19,497 nt of DNA from a virus. The stretch is from the UHGV virus genome UHGV-0127427, one strand, 5' to 3'. The position numbers were made by a program, and so were the translations under genes. Below the pieces are notes generated by a model. It saw only the letters and a program-made list of their open reading frames with translations. It did no database searches and was not told the origin of the DNA. Positions 7,951 through 15,503 of this stretch are shown here, piece after piece (the first letter of the stretch is position 1; every line of letters starts with the position of its first letter).

Positions 7951-8023
7951 GATCAAATGATCAAGTGATCACTATTTGACCTGATAAGGTATTGAACTGT
8001 ATGGATTTACAGGTAAATTGATC
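7951..8023. promoter_or_regulatory. GATC (Dam site) cluster in the cre upstream regulatory region
   Basis: Four GATC within 73 bp (7951-7954, 7959-7962, 7967-7970, 8020-8023) between cre and loxP; consistent with the methylation-sensitive cre promoters described for P1. Confidence 0.55.
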
Positions 8024-8042
8024 ATGTTCAATAACCCTTAAG

Positions 8043-8076
8043 ATAACTTCGTATAATGTATGCTATACGAAGTTAT
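8043..8076 (-). other. loxP: loxP recombination site (34 bp: 13-bp inverted repeats flanking an 8-bp spacer)
   Basis: Exact ATAACTTCGTATA-ATGTATGC-TATACGAAGTTAT; spacer is the reverse complement of GCATACAT, so the site is inverted relative to the plus strand. Confidence 0.97.
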
Positions 8077-8119
8077 CAGGTCCGAAGAGGAGTTTACGTC
8101 CAGCTGCGCACAAAAATCA

Positions 8120-8136
8120 AGAATTATTAGAGCAAT
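8120..8136 (-). promoter_or_regulatory. C1 operator (Op99-type) in immC
   Basis: Minus-strand sense ATTGCTCTAATAATTCT (15/17). Confidence 0.6.
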
Positions 8137-8196
8137 AAATTTTGAGAGAAAAATCCCACTCCACCAGCTAAAAACTGGATTGTTTTTCATAGTTGT

Positions 8197-8223
8197 TTGA
8201 CAATTGCTCTAATAAATTATAGT
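8197..8223 (+). promoter_or_regulatory. Candidate immC promoter with embedded C1 operator (TTGACA - operator - TATAGT)
   Basis: TTGACA 8197-8202, operator ATTGCTCTAATAAATTA 8203-8219 (16/17), TATAGT 8218-8223; upstream of coi-c1 on the same strand. Confidence 0.65.
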
Positions 8224-8457
8224 TTTGCCGCCGTTACGTAATACGACTTTGGATTCACTATTTAATGTGTCTTCAGCGTTGTAGAGCGGCTCAGAAGGAA
8301 ATGAGCAAACAGGGAAACCTTATACAATGGCATTACAGCTATGCATTGCTCATCTTACACACAGCGCAATGTTGTTAGATTACCCCAGCATGGATCATGG
8401 GTGAAACAGTAGGTCAGAGCTTCAGGCTCTGTGTTGTCAATACAGTGAGGCATAATT

Positions 8458-8667
8458 ATGGCTTTCATTCAACCAACCATCGACGACGTTAGACATTGCT
8501 CTAACGCTTTATCTGTAGACCCTGCCGAAACCGACGCTGCCAGCACCATTGCTGAACACTACTCAAAGATATCCAATCAGGACTACCGCATCACCCAAGA
8601 CGACCTGGATGACCTCACTGACACAATCGAATATCTCATGGCAACTAACCAGTTAGCCTCACAATAA
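8458..8667 (+). CDS. coi: Coi, C1 inactivator, 69 aa
   Basis: 69-aa acidic ORF directly upstream of c1 on the same strand (MAFIQPTIDDVRHCSNALSVD...); size and position match P1 Coi; GTGAGG 7 nt upstream of the ATG. Confidence 0.85.
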   Translation: MAFIQPTIDDVRHCSNALSVDPAETDAASTIAEHYSKISNQDYRITQDDLDDLTDTIEYLMATNQLASQ

Positions 8668-8777
8668 ATGCACTAATAAATCTATTATTTTTGTTTGATC
8701 CCTCTATAATATAGGTCAGTAATGACCGGTTTTCTCAACCGGGCGTTATTGACCATGTCAATTCTGGAGGAGGATCA

Positions 8778-9629
8778 ATGATAAATTATGTCTACGGCGA
8801 ACAACTGTACCAGGAGTTCGTCAGCTTCAGGGATCTCTTTCTAAAAAAAGCTGTTGCACGCGCCCAACACGTTGATGCCGCCAGCGACGGTCGTCCTGTT
8901 CGCCCGGTTGTCGTTCTGCCGTTCAAAGAAACGGACAGCATTCAGGCTGAAATTGATAAATGGACTTTAATGGCGCGGGAACTGGAACAGTACCCAGACC
9001 TCAATATCCCAAAGACTATTTTATATCCAGTGCCTAACATCCTTCGCGGTGTACGTAAGGTTACAACTTATCAGACAGAAGCTGTGAACAGCGTCAACAT
9101 GACCGCTGGCCGCATTATTCATCTGATTGATAAGGATATTCGCATCCAAAAAAGCGCGGGGTTCAATGAGCACAGTGCGAAATACATAGAGAACCTGGAA
9201 GCAACAAAAGAGCTAATGAAGCAGTACCCGGAGGATGAAAAATTCCGTATGCGCGTACACGGCTTTAGCGAAACAATGCTGCGCGTCCACTACATTTCCA
9301 GTAGCCCTAACTACAATGATGGTAAATCAGTTAGTTACCATGTGCCACTGTGTGGCGTGTTTATCTGCGATGAAACCCTCCGTGATGGAATCATCATCAA
9401 CGGTGAATTCGAGAAAGCAAAATTTAGCCTTTATGACTCCATAGAACCGATCATCTGCGACCGCTGGCCGCAGGCAAAAATATATCGCCTGGCAGATATT
9501 GAAAATGTAAAAAAACAAATTGCCATCACTCGCGAAGAGAAAAAGGTCAAATCAGCCGCATCAGTTACGCGCAGTCGTAAAACTAAGAAGGGGCAGCCAG
9601 TAAACGACAACCCCGAAAGCGCGCAATAA
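8778..9629 (+). CDS. c1: C1 repressor of lysis, 283 aa
   Basis: 283-aa ORF starting MINYVYGEQLYQEFVSFRDLF behind GGAGGAGG; matches P1 C1 in length and N-terminus as recalled; multiple cognate operators in the window. Confidence 0.95.
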   Translation: MINYVYGEQLYQEFVSFRDLFLKKAVARAQHVDAASDGRPVRPVVVLPFKETDSIQAEIDKWTLMARELEQYPDLNIPKTILYPVPNILRGVRKVTTYQTEAVNSVNMTAGRIIHLIDKDIRIQKSAGFNEHSAKYIENLEATKELMKQYPEDEKFRMRVHGFSETMLRVHYISSSPNYNDGKSVSYHVPLCGVFICDETLRDGIIINGEFEKAKFSLYDSIEPIICDRWPQAKIYRLADIENVKKQIAITREEKKVKSAASVTRSRKTKKGQPVNDNPESAQ

Positions 9630-9632
9630 ATT

Positions 9633-9654
9633 ATGCCCGGCATCAACCGGGCAT
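9633..9654. terminator. hairpin between convergent c1 and the antirepressor-like gene (possible bidirectional terminator)
   Basis: ATGCCCGG-CATCAA-CCGGGCAT, 8-bp stem, 4 nt after the c1 stop; flanks are only moderately T-rich. Confidence 0.45.
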
Positions 9655-9661
9655 TCTTCCA

Positions 9662-10429
9662 TTATTCAGCCGCCACCGGTTTTAACAAGCCAGCATCGAG
9701 CAGTTTACGCGTCAACCACTGTTGTCCTTTCCCCGTTAATTGGGGCGTCAGCCGTATCTGGTAGCCATCTTCATCATCCAGCACCACTTCTTTCACTGTG
9801 AAATATCCGGCGTTTATGTACTGCTGGAACGGCACATTTTTACGCCCGCCGGACGCTATCAGAATGCCGTTCTCCCGTAACCAGGCAAACAGCGCGTTTT
9901 GCTTCAGCCCAACAACCTTTGCAAAATTACCAATCAGGATCCCCTTAGCCACTGATACACGGTCGGCAAAATCGACCTTGGGGGCTGCGGCCACCAGTTG
10001 TTGATTTAGCTGGTGGGCCTTCTGTTCCAGTAGCTGCTTTTGTTCAGCCAGCTCGGCAGCCAGGCGCAAGGCTTCAGGTAGTGTTTGGGGGATTGCGACC
10101 GGTTGCTGTTCTTTTTGCCGGAAGTAGCTGTCTTCCAGTTTTTCAAAGAATGCCCATGCTTCATCTGTGTTTACGATCTTAGACATGCGTGCCGCTCCGC
10201 GTTCGGCCCAAAGAATTACCTGGCTTGTATATTTGCTAACCAGGTGACTAGTAGTCACCAGCCTTTTAAATTCCTTTAATTTTGAACCAGTTAAGAGATA
10301 GTAATGCTTACCTTCTTCAAAGCGATCGGAGTTGCGAGACAAATTTTTACGAATATTAGCTTCATCGGTTCCATAAGCGCAGATAAACATCGCGCTTATC
10401 GACATCCAGATGCGGGTATTCCTTTTCAA
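9662..10429 (-). CDS. phage antirepressor-like protein (ORF6N-type N-terminal region plus KilA-C/ANT-type C-terminal region); start uncertain (TTG 10429 or ATG 10405)
   Basis: N-terminal half AYGTDEANIRKNLSRNSDRFEEGKHYYLLTGSKLKEF...ILWAERGAARMSK and C-terminal half DRVSVAKGILIGNFAKVVGLKQNALFAWLRENGILIASGGRKNVPFQQYINAGYF are typical of phage antirepressors; sits where P1 has pacB/pacA/lpa. Confidence 0.65.
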   Translation of the reverse strand: MKRNTRIWMSISAMFICAYGTDEANIRKNLSRNSDRFEEGKHYYLLTGSKLKEFKRLVTTSHLVSKYTSQVILWAERGAARMSKIVNTDEAWAFFEKLEDSYFRQKEQQPVAIPQTLPEALRLAAELAEQKQLLEQKAHQLNQQLVAAAPKVDFADRVSVAKGILIGNFAKVVGLKQNALFAWLRENGILIASGGRKNVPFQQYINAGYFTVKEVVLDDEDGYQIRLTPQLTGKGQQWLTRKLLDAGLLKPVAAE

Positions 10430-10556
10430 GAATTGCTGCGAGTTCTTTCGCTGATAGAAGAGATTTAGTGCGGATCATGTAATCCGCAATCTCGTACGAT
10501 GTTATTCGTGAGTGATTTATTTCCATGAAGTGGCGTCCCTGCCAGTTAAGTAACAT
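10362..10556 (-). CDS. hypothetical 64-aa protein overlapping the 5' end of the antirepressor-like gene in another frame
   Basis: ATG 10556 preceded by AGGTGA at 4-nt spacing; ends within the first codons of the antirepressor ORF; could be a real leader gene or the product of a frameshift. Confidence 0.35.
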   Translation of the reverse strand: MLLNWQGRHFMEINHSRITSYEIADYMIRTKSLLSAKELAAILEKEYPHLDVDKRDVYLRLWNR

Positions 10557-10626
10557 CCTGTCACCTACTGATTAGCCCATGTCAACTAATCAACGTCGAA
10601 TATAATACCCTCGATTAAAGAAATAG

Positions 10627-10643
10627 CAATACATTAGAGCAAT
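10627..10643 (-). promoter_or_regulatory. C1 operator-like site upstream of the 64-aa/antirepressor unit
   Basis: Minus-strand sense ATTGCTCTAATGTATTG (14/17) beginning 1 nt after the pdcB-like stop; TTGCTA-16 bp-TATTAT promoter-like hexamers overlap it. Confidence 0.55.
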
Positions 10644-10644
10644 T

Positions 10645-11691
10645 TTATCTAACGCTCGACGAATGACTTGTGATAGCGCCGACTCCAAGCGCGTAATCAA
10701 AGAACAATCGTTGATGCATCGCCAGCCTACCGTGCGTCTTCTCCCAATTATCGCGGTCACGCTCAATATCACGCTGGCATGACTGGCACAGAGGAATAGC
10801 ATAAATGTCATGCGCGCATAATCGACTATAACGAACGATATAAGGCGTAATGTGAGCGCCAGCTCCCGCCGCTCCACACCCACAGCATGGACGGGAAGCA
10901 ACAAAGTCCATGTACTCAGGTAATTTTAGCGATTGCAGTTTTGGTATTTTGAAATGCGCCATACCTGGGTCGGAGTCAACATCCACAGGGCATACTTTTG
11001 CACGCATCGGCGCGGCGCGTTCTTCCATCATCTGAACATATGCTGTAGCGCGATCGTCATACGGGCGAATATCCGCCTCTTTCAGTGGTCCGCTATCCTG
11101 CGGAGTAGCCTTCATCTTATTTATTATTGATATGCGGCAGACTTCTTCCGGCATCAGGTGCATCATGTTGCGCATGAAAGCCCACCAGCACAGCTCCTGA
11201 ATACTTAAATCATGGCTATTTGAAAGGCCCATTTCCTGACGGGCGACATCCAGTATCCAGTTAACGCGATTATTGTGCAGCGTTTCTTTCAGCTCATTAA
11301 AACCACGCATCCGGTAATGGTTATCGTGATGCCAGCACAACAACACCGCGCTATTGTCTCGTTCAGCGTGGACAATATGGTTGTCACACCAACTACGATC
11401 TGCGGCCTGGCATTGACCCTCTTTCCTACGCAACCACGCCACCAGCGCGTCAATTCCACCAATACGGCGAAACAGTTCATCGCTGTTAAAAAACGGCTGC
11501 AACGCCTCATTTGTTGCCATGGTTTGCTCGGTAACAACGAGGCCGTCTTCCATGTGCTCGATTAACTCACGCGGCACCGGCTCCATAATAAATTTACGGC
11601 CAGCCTCCACCAGCTTTCTGACCTCCTGATCCACTTTGAACGTGGCGAGGCCAAGCTCTTTCTGTACAAAGGGAGTAATTACGGCTTTCAC
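10645..11691 (-). CDS. pdcB: PdcB-like protein (post-doc gene B position), 348 aa, GTG start, Cys-rich C-terminal region
   Basis: GTG 11691 preceded by AAGGTG at 4 nt; C-terminal CCGCG...C..C..C..C cluster suggests metal binding; assignment by position downstream of doc. Confidence 0.5.
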   Translation of the reverse strand: MKAVITPFVQKELGLATFKVDQEVRKLVEAGRKFIMEPVPRELIEHMEDGLVVTEQTMATNEALQPFFNSDELFRRIGGIDALVAWLRRKEGQCQAADRSWCDNHIVHAERDNSAVLLCWHHDNHYRMRGFNELKETLHNNRVNWILDVARQEMGLSNSHDLSIQELCWWAFMRNMMHLMPEEVCRISIINKMKATPQDSGPLKEADIRPYDDRATAYVQMMEERAAPMRAKVCPVDVDSDPGMAHFKIPKLQSLKLPEYMDFVASRPCCGCGAAGAGAHITPYIVRYSRLCAHDIYAIPLCQSCQRDIERDRDNWEKTHGRLAMHQRLFFDYALGVGAITSHSSSVR

Positions 11692-11718
11692 ATCACACCT
11701 TTAATCACTGATTGGGCT

Positions 11719-11898
11719 TTATCTGCTGCCCGACATTATCTGTTTAAGCACAACCATTTCCTGACGGCATAACACAGCAATAGCGGTCCTGGCACCAATT
11801 TGCTTACTAACCAGGTATTGCTTTATCTTGCGGCGACTCACGCCATCAAGAAGCATCTTTAACGCTTCACGGGACAATTTGTTGTATTTGCGTGCCAT
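11719..11898 (-). CDS. pdcA: PdcA-like small protein, 59 aa from ATG 11898
   Basis: ATG 11898 lies 4 nt after the doc stop; the track start at 11919 would overlap doc. Positional assignment. Confidence 0.45.
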   Translation of the reverse strand: MARKYNKLSREALKMLLDGVSRRKIKQYLVSKQIGARTAIAVLCRQEMVVLKQIMSGSR

Positions 11899-11902
11899 TA
11901 AT

Positions 11903-12283
11903 CTACTCCGCAGAACCATACAATCTACGTAACGTGGCGGCGACAGAAGATACAGATATCTCGCCAGTCGCAGCGCCTACAGTAAGGTCTGCCAGTTCAG
12001 GTGAATCAAATACCTGCACCCCGTTACGGCGTAGAAATAGCAGCGCACTGTTTAGCGCGGTACGCTTATTGGCATCATTGAATATATGCCCTCTCGCTGT
12101 AGCCACCAGGTAGGTGGCGGAGACTTCGAAAAGGTCGGTGATCTCTTCGTAGGCAACTCTGGCCTGAACTCTCCCGATAATGGCCTCTGCCCTACCCGGA
12201 TCTGACATTCCCGGCAGGCCGCCGTAGCGGTTTATATTCGCATCATGAAGCGCAATAAGTTCTTCCGGTGATATATGCCTCAT
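11903..12283 (-). CDS. doc: Doc toxin (Fic-fold kinase) of the phd-doc addiction module, 126 aa
   Basis: 126-aa [50 protein letters not shown]...; start overlaps the phd stop by 1 nt (TAATG), as in P1. Confidence 0.95.
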   Translation of the reverse strand: MRHISPEELIALHDANINRYGGLPGMSDPGRAEAIIGRVQARVAYEEITDLFEVSATYLVATARGHIFNDANKRTALNSALLFLRRNGVQVFDSPELADLTVGAATGEISVSSVAATLRRLYGSAE

Positions 12284-12504
12284 TATCGGTTAACCAGTTC
12301 CTTGTTGGTGGAGTCCAGGGTGTCAAACAGGGATGCAAATTCAGCATCCAGCGCCGCTTTTTTGTAGGCTTCGAAAGTAGCCTTGCTGACAATTACTGCT
12401 GGCTCACGGCCTCTGCGGGTGATTTCAACCTCTTCCCCGGCTTCAACATTGTTGAGCACTTCAGAAAGGTTGCCGCGCGCGGTACGGAAGTTAATGGATT
12501 GCAT
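12283..12504 (-). CDS. phd: Phd antitoxin, 73 aa
   Basis: [73 protein letters not shown] from ATG 12504 (two codons inside the track's start); matches P1 Phd. Confidence 0.95.
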   Translation of the reverse strand: MQSINFRTARGNLSEVLNNVEAGEEVEITRRGREPAVIVSKATFEAYKKAALDAEFASLFDTLDSTNKELVNR

Positions 12505-12684
12505 AAACACCTCGTGTACTCGTTATGTGTACACAATTATAAACTTCACAGGCATAAAGCACCAGCACTTTGCAGCTTAAATCACCGGACAATCATCAAA
12601 TTCCCCACTTCGGGCATCATTAATGACATGAGTGATCACACCAAACACAGCATTACTCCCCGTGCATCCATCGTCATCCACTGG

Positions 12685-12966
12685 TCACGCCTCTTTCTTC
12701 CCGGTGCTTAAATCCTCCAGGTGCTGGCGCGGATACTTTCGGTATCTCTTTATGCGATATTCACCCTCCATAGCGCACACAAGCAGCGAACCATCAACTG
12801 GAGTAAGCGAAGAATCAACCACCAGCAAAGCACCCTGCAATATTCCCTCACGGTGATGGCTATCAGCTGCCCGCATGAAGTAGGTTGCTGATGGATGTCT
12901 AATTATCTGCTGATCAAGAGAAATTCGGCTTTCAACATAATCCGCCGCAGGAGAAGGGAAACCCAT
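12685..12966 (-). CDS. humD: HumD, UmuD'-like translesion synthesis accessory protein, 93 aa
   Basis: ORF upstream of phd-doc on the same strand with a UmuD'-like C-terminal region; GAGGT before the ATG; LexA box 19 bp upstream. Confidence 0.8.
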   Translation of the reverse strand: MGFPSPAADYVESRISLDQQIIRHPSATYFMRAADSHHREGILQGALLVVDSSLTPVDGSLLVCAMEGEYRIKRYRKYPRQHLEDLSTGKKEA

Positions 12967-12984
12967 AGCGTTTTACCTCAAAAA

Positions 12985-13004
12985 TACTGTTTATCTATAC
13001 AGCA
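12985..13004. promoter_or_regulatory. LexA box (SOS operator) upstream of humD
   Basis: TACTGTTTATCTATACAGCA, i.e. CTGT-N8-ACAG with AT-rich core. Confidence 0.7.
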
Positions 13005-13140
13005 TACATTAAAGAAGCACCTTTGGTGCAAACGCGTTATGTACATCAACCACCGCTGATGATTTTTGTGCGCTTTGCTACTATTCATCACCGCGGGATC
13101 AGCGTAACCTCGTTGCCAATCAGTTAATAAGGAATTAGCT

Positions 13141-13725
13141 ATGCCTAATCGCATTCCTCTCGATCCTGTATTGCCCAAAAATTTTGACTGCACTCCTAAC
13201 GAGAAACGCTCTAAAGCTCAGCTGGACGCCTAGTGGGACCATCCATATGGGGTTACACAACCTGACGGGAAAATTGTAGTTTATTGTCTGAATGGTGGGG
13301 CGTGGGACCGTCCATCCGTGCTTTGTTTGGCAGATAACTATGATGAAGCCTGTGAACTTGCCGAAAGACAGCAGGCAAGCTGGGTAAAAACACGGTCTGA
13401 ACCGACATTCATGTTTTCAAAAGAACCGCCATTTATACTGGCGAGGATGCCGCAGCGACCGGATCATCAACAAGAAATTGTTGCTGAATTTTCCTCAAGG
13501 GATGAGATGAATCTCTTCTCATTAAAGCAGGAAGAAAGGGATCGCGTCGAAGTGTCTCCAACTCTCGACCACAACCGGATGAACCTGGCCCAGCTCGCCT
13601 GGTACAGCAAAGAATTAGAGATGTCTATTGCCCGGCTTGAAAACGAAAAAGCCGCTATCCAAGTCCAGCACGAAGTAGTTCTGAACCGGATTAGAGAAAT
13701 GCAAAACGATAACAGGGGATTTTGA
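13141..13725 (+). pseudogene. hypothetical gene interrupted by an in-frame amber codon (30 codons, TAG at 13231-13233, then 164 more codons in the same frame)
   Basis: ATG 13141 has a good RBS (AAGGA, 8-nt spacing). The frame has a single TAG and continues open to 13725; the only in-frame restart (GTG 13318) lacks an RBS. Confidence 0.45.
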
Positions 13726-14082
13726 ATGGCTAAAATCGAGTACCATCGCGATCGCGGTAATTACCTGGAAATATACGATCATGAATCTCTTAACGATATC
13801 AACGATGCGTTATATGAATACTGTGAAAAAACGAGCATCACAGATGCACCTGATGCATTTGTCGAGCTGCCGGTATATCTCCGCGACATCTATGCAATAC
13901 GAACACCGCCCGTATCGGTGATTCACATTGGCTATGTCCGCCTGTCCATCGAAGAAGATGAAGATCGTTATATCGTGCGCCACTATACATTGGACAGAAA
14001 AGAACTTCCTAATGAATGGAACATGAGTAATTTCTACAACGGTGAATATGGCTTAAAATCCGCTAATAATTTACGGTCATAA
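13726..14082 (+). CDS. hypothetical protein, 118 aa
   Basis: ATG overlaps the upstream stop (TGAATG) with AGGGGA 9 nt upstream; acidic protein, no recognised motif. Confidence 0.5.
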   Translation: MAKIEYHRDRGNYLEIYDHESLNDINDALYEYCEKTSITDAPDAFVELPVYLRDIYAIRTPPVSVIHIGYVRLSIEEDEDRYIVRHYTLDRKELPNEWNMSNFYNGEYGLKSANNLRS

Positions 14083-14618
14083 TCTATACAGGCATGTATA
14101 ACAACAACGAGCCTATTAGCTGTCAACAACGTTATTTCCTCAAATAAGAAAAAGCAGAAAACAAATTGTTTAAGGTCACAAATTGTGGCCTTGATGGAGG
14201 AGGGAGGCTTATTGGCTATGGCTAAAAATCAAATTAGACACTTCATGTTGCTGTAGCTCATCAAGATCCGAGGCCACAAAACCTTTTCCGAAAAACTTCA
14301 CAAGTAACTCACTAGCCGCATCATTGTCACCTATTACACGAAAGTCATACGGCAACGTCGCAAGTTGACGATGTAATCCTGCTGAGAAAGTCGAATCTAA
14401 CAGCGCCCAGAATTCCCACCGCAGGATAATACTCGCCTCTTAATACTGTATATATGTTGTTACGATATGTTTTTCTGTCTCTAAAAAAAGATGTTTGAAG
14501 GGGATAAAAATATACAATTCCAACAAACGTTATTTTTAACAATTTTTTTCTTTGCGTTGACTTTCCCGGACACCTTGTCTGACCGAAGGTGCGCGAAAGC
14601 CACTTTTTCCTTCCTGAG

Positions 14619-14639
14619 TTATCCACAAAGTTATGCACT
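14619..14639 (+). promoter_or_regulatory. two tandem DnaA-box-like 9-mers
   Basis: TTATCCACA (14619-14627, perfect consensus) and TTATGCACT (14631-14639, 8/9) in direct orientation, 3 bp apart, inside an AT-rich non-coding stretch. Confidence 0.4.
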
Positions 14640-14927
14640 TGCAAGAGGGCCATTTTCTACATATTGTGGTGGCTAACAGATGAAATGAATGTAGATTAAT
14701 TGAAGATAAGGAGAAAATTTGAGATGCAATCATGACGTTAATAGATAGGGTCTGCATTACAGACCCCACCCGCATCAAGGAATTAGCCGTTCCCTGATGT
14801 TTTTCCGAAAACATGTGCCGTAAGCTCACGTTAACGACTTTCATTCACCGAATCCAACTATATAGGGGTTGGGTTTCTACGTCAACGTGAGCAAGTGCAC
14901 CTTTACATTTGACAAGGAACCACCTGA

Positions 14928-15065
14928 ATGAACGCTTTTTTTCAGTTCCTGAGTGCATTTTTAGATGCGCCTATTATTAGCCAGATTCTGGCTATTATCC
15001 TCATCATCGTTTTGATTTTGCTTTTAAGGTCAGTAAAAAATGGAATTATGCACTGGCTTACTTAA
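14928..15065 (+). CDS. small hydrophobic peptide, 45 aa (single predicted transmembrane helix)
   Basis: MNAFFQFLSAFLDAPIISQILAIILIIVLILLLRSVKNGIMHWLT; AAGGAA 8 nt upstream of the ATG; a perfect 9-bp inverted repeat overlaps the stop codon. Confidence 0.3.
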   Translation: MNAFFQFLSAFLDAPIISQILAIILIIVLILLLRSVKNGIMHWLT

Positions 15066-15140
15066 TGTTTCAGTGAAACATTAAAATCTCCTTGATGTGG
15101 AAACAATCATTTTCTGTATGTGCTGGTGGGCACCTGTAGT

Positions 15141-15503
15141 TCAGCTTTCGTTGGCATTTAACTTCGTCTTTGCTTTCTCCACCAGCAACTTCCAGATGCC
15201 TATTTCATTAGCAGCCGCCTTGATGGCGGCATAAAAAGCATCTTGCTGATCGTAACGCTGGATCTGTTTTTTCAGTTTTGCCTCCACCAATTTAATTTCA
15301 TTACGTGCTTTCTGAAGCCGCATCACCGCCCGGTTACGTCTGTTCTTGTATAGCGTGTTAATCTCTGACAATTGCTTTAATTTACCAGCCTGACTGCGGA
15401 TTATCGCCTCCCTGGCTTCTGCCGTGCGTCTCATCTGATCTCTTAAGAGTTCACCGTTTTCGATAATTCTTTCAAGGTGTTTGATGTGATCTGCAACTCT
15501 CAT
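15141..15503 (-). CDS. hypothetical coiled-coil protein, 120 aa
   Basis: ORF whose start overlaps the upstream gene's stop (ATGA); heptad-rich, charged sequence. Confidence 0.5.
   Translation of the reverse strand: MRVADHIKHLERIIENGELLRDQMRRTAEAREAIIRSQAGKLKQLSEINTLYKNRRNRAVMRLQKARNEIKLVEAKLKKQIQRYDQQDAFYAAIKAAANEIGIWKLLVEKAKTKLNANES

Noticed and set aside
8705-8710. TATAAT hexamer upstream of c1 as a dedicated c1 promoter
   Set aside because: No acceptable -35 at 15-19 bp spacing; c1 is more simply explained as co-transcribed with coi from the operator-containing promoter at 8197-8223.
12978-13193. 71-aa minus-strand ORF as a candidate lxr gene
   Set aside because: It overlaps the LexA box, the humD promoter region and the RBS/start of the plus-strand gene at 13141; low-complexity translation and no RBS.
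14345-14844. Two overlapping 102-aa minus-strand ORFs (14345-14653 and 14536-14844)
   Set aside because: They overlap each other and the DnaA-box/AT-rich region, have no RBS and a composition typical of non-coding AT-rich DNA.
14100-15140. Possible tRNA genes in the long non-coding stretch (P1 carries tRNA genes elsewhere)
   Set aside because: No T-loop (GGTTCGAATCC-like) or D-loop consensus and no cloverleaf-compatible stem arrangement found by eye.
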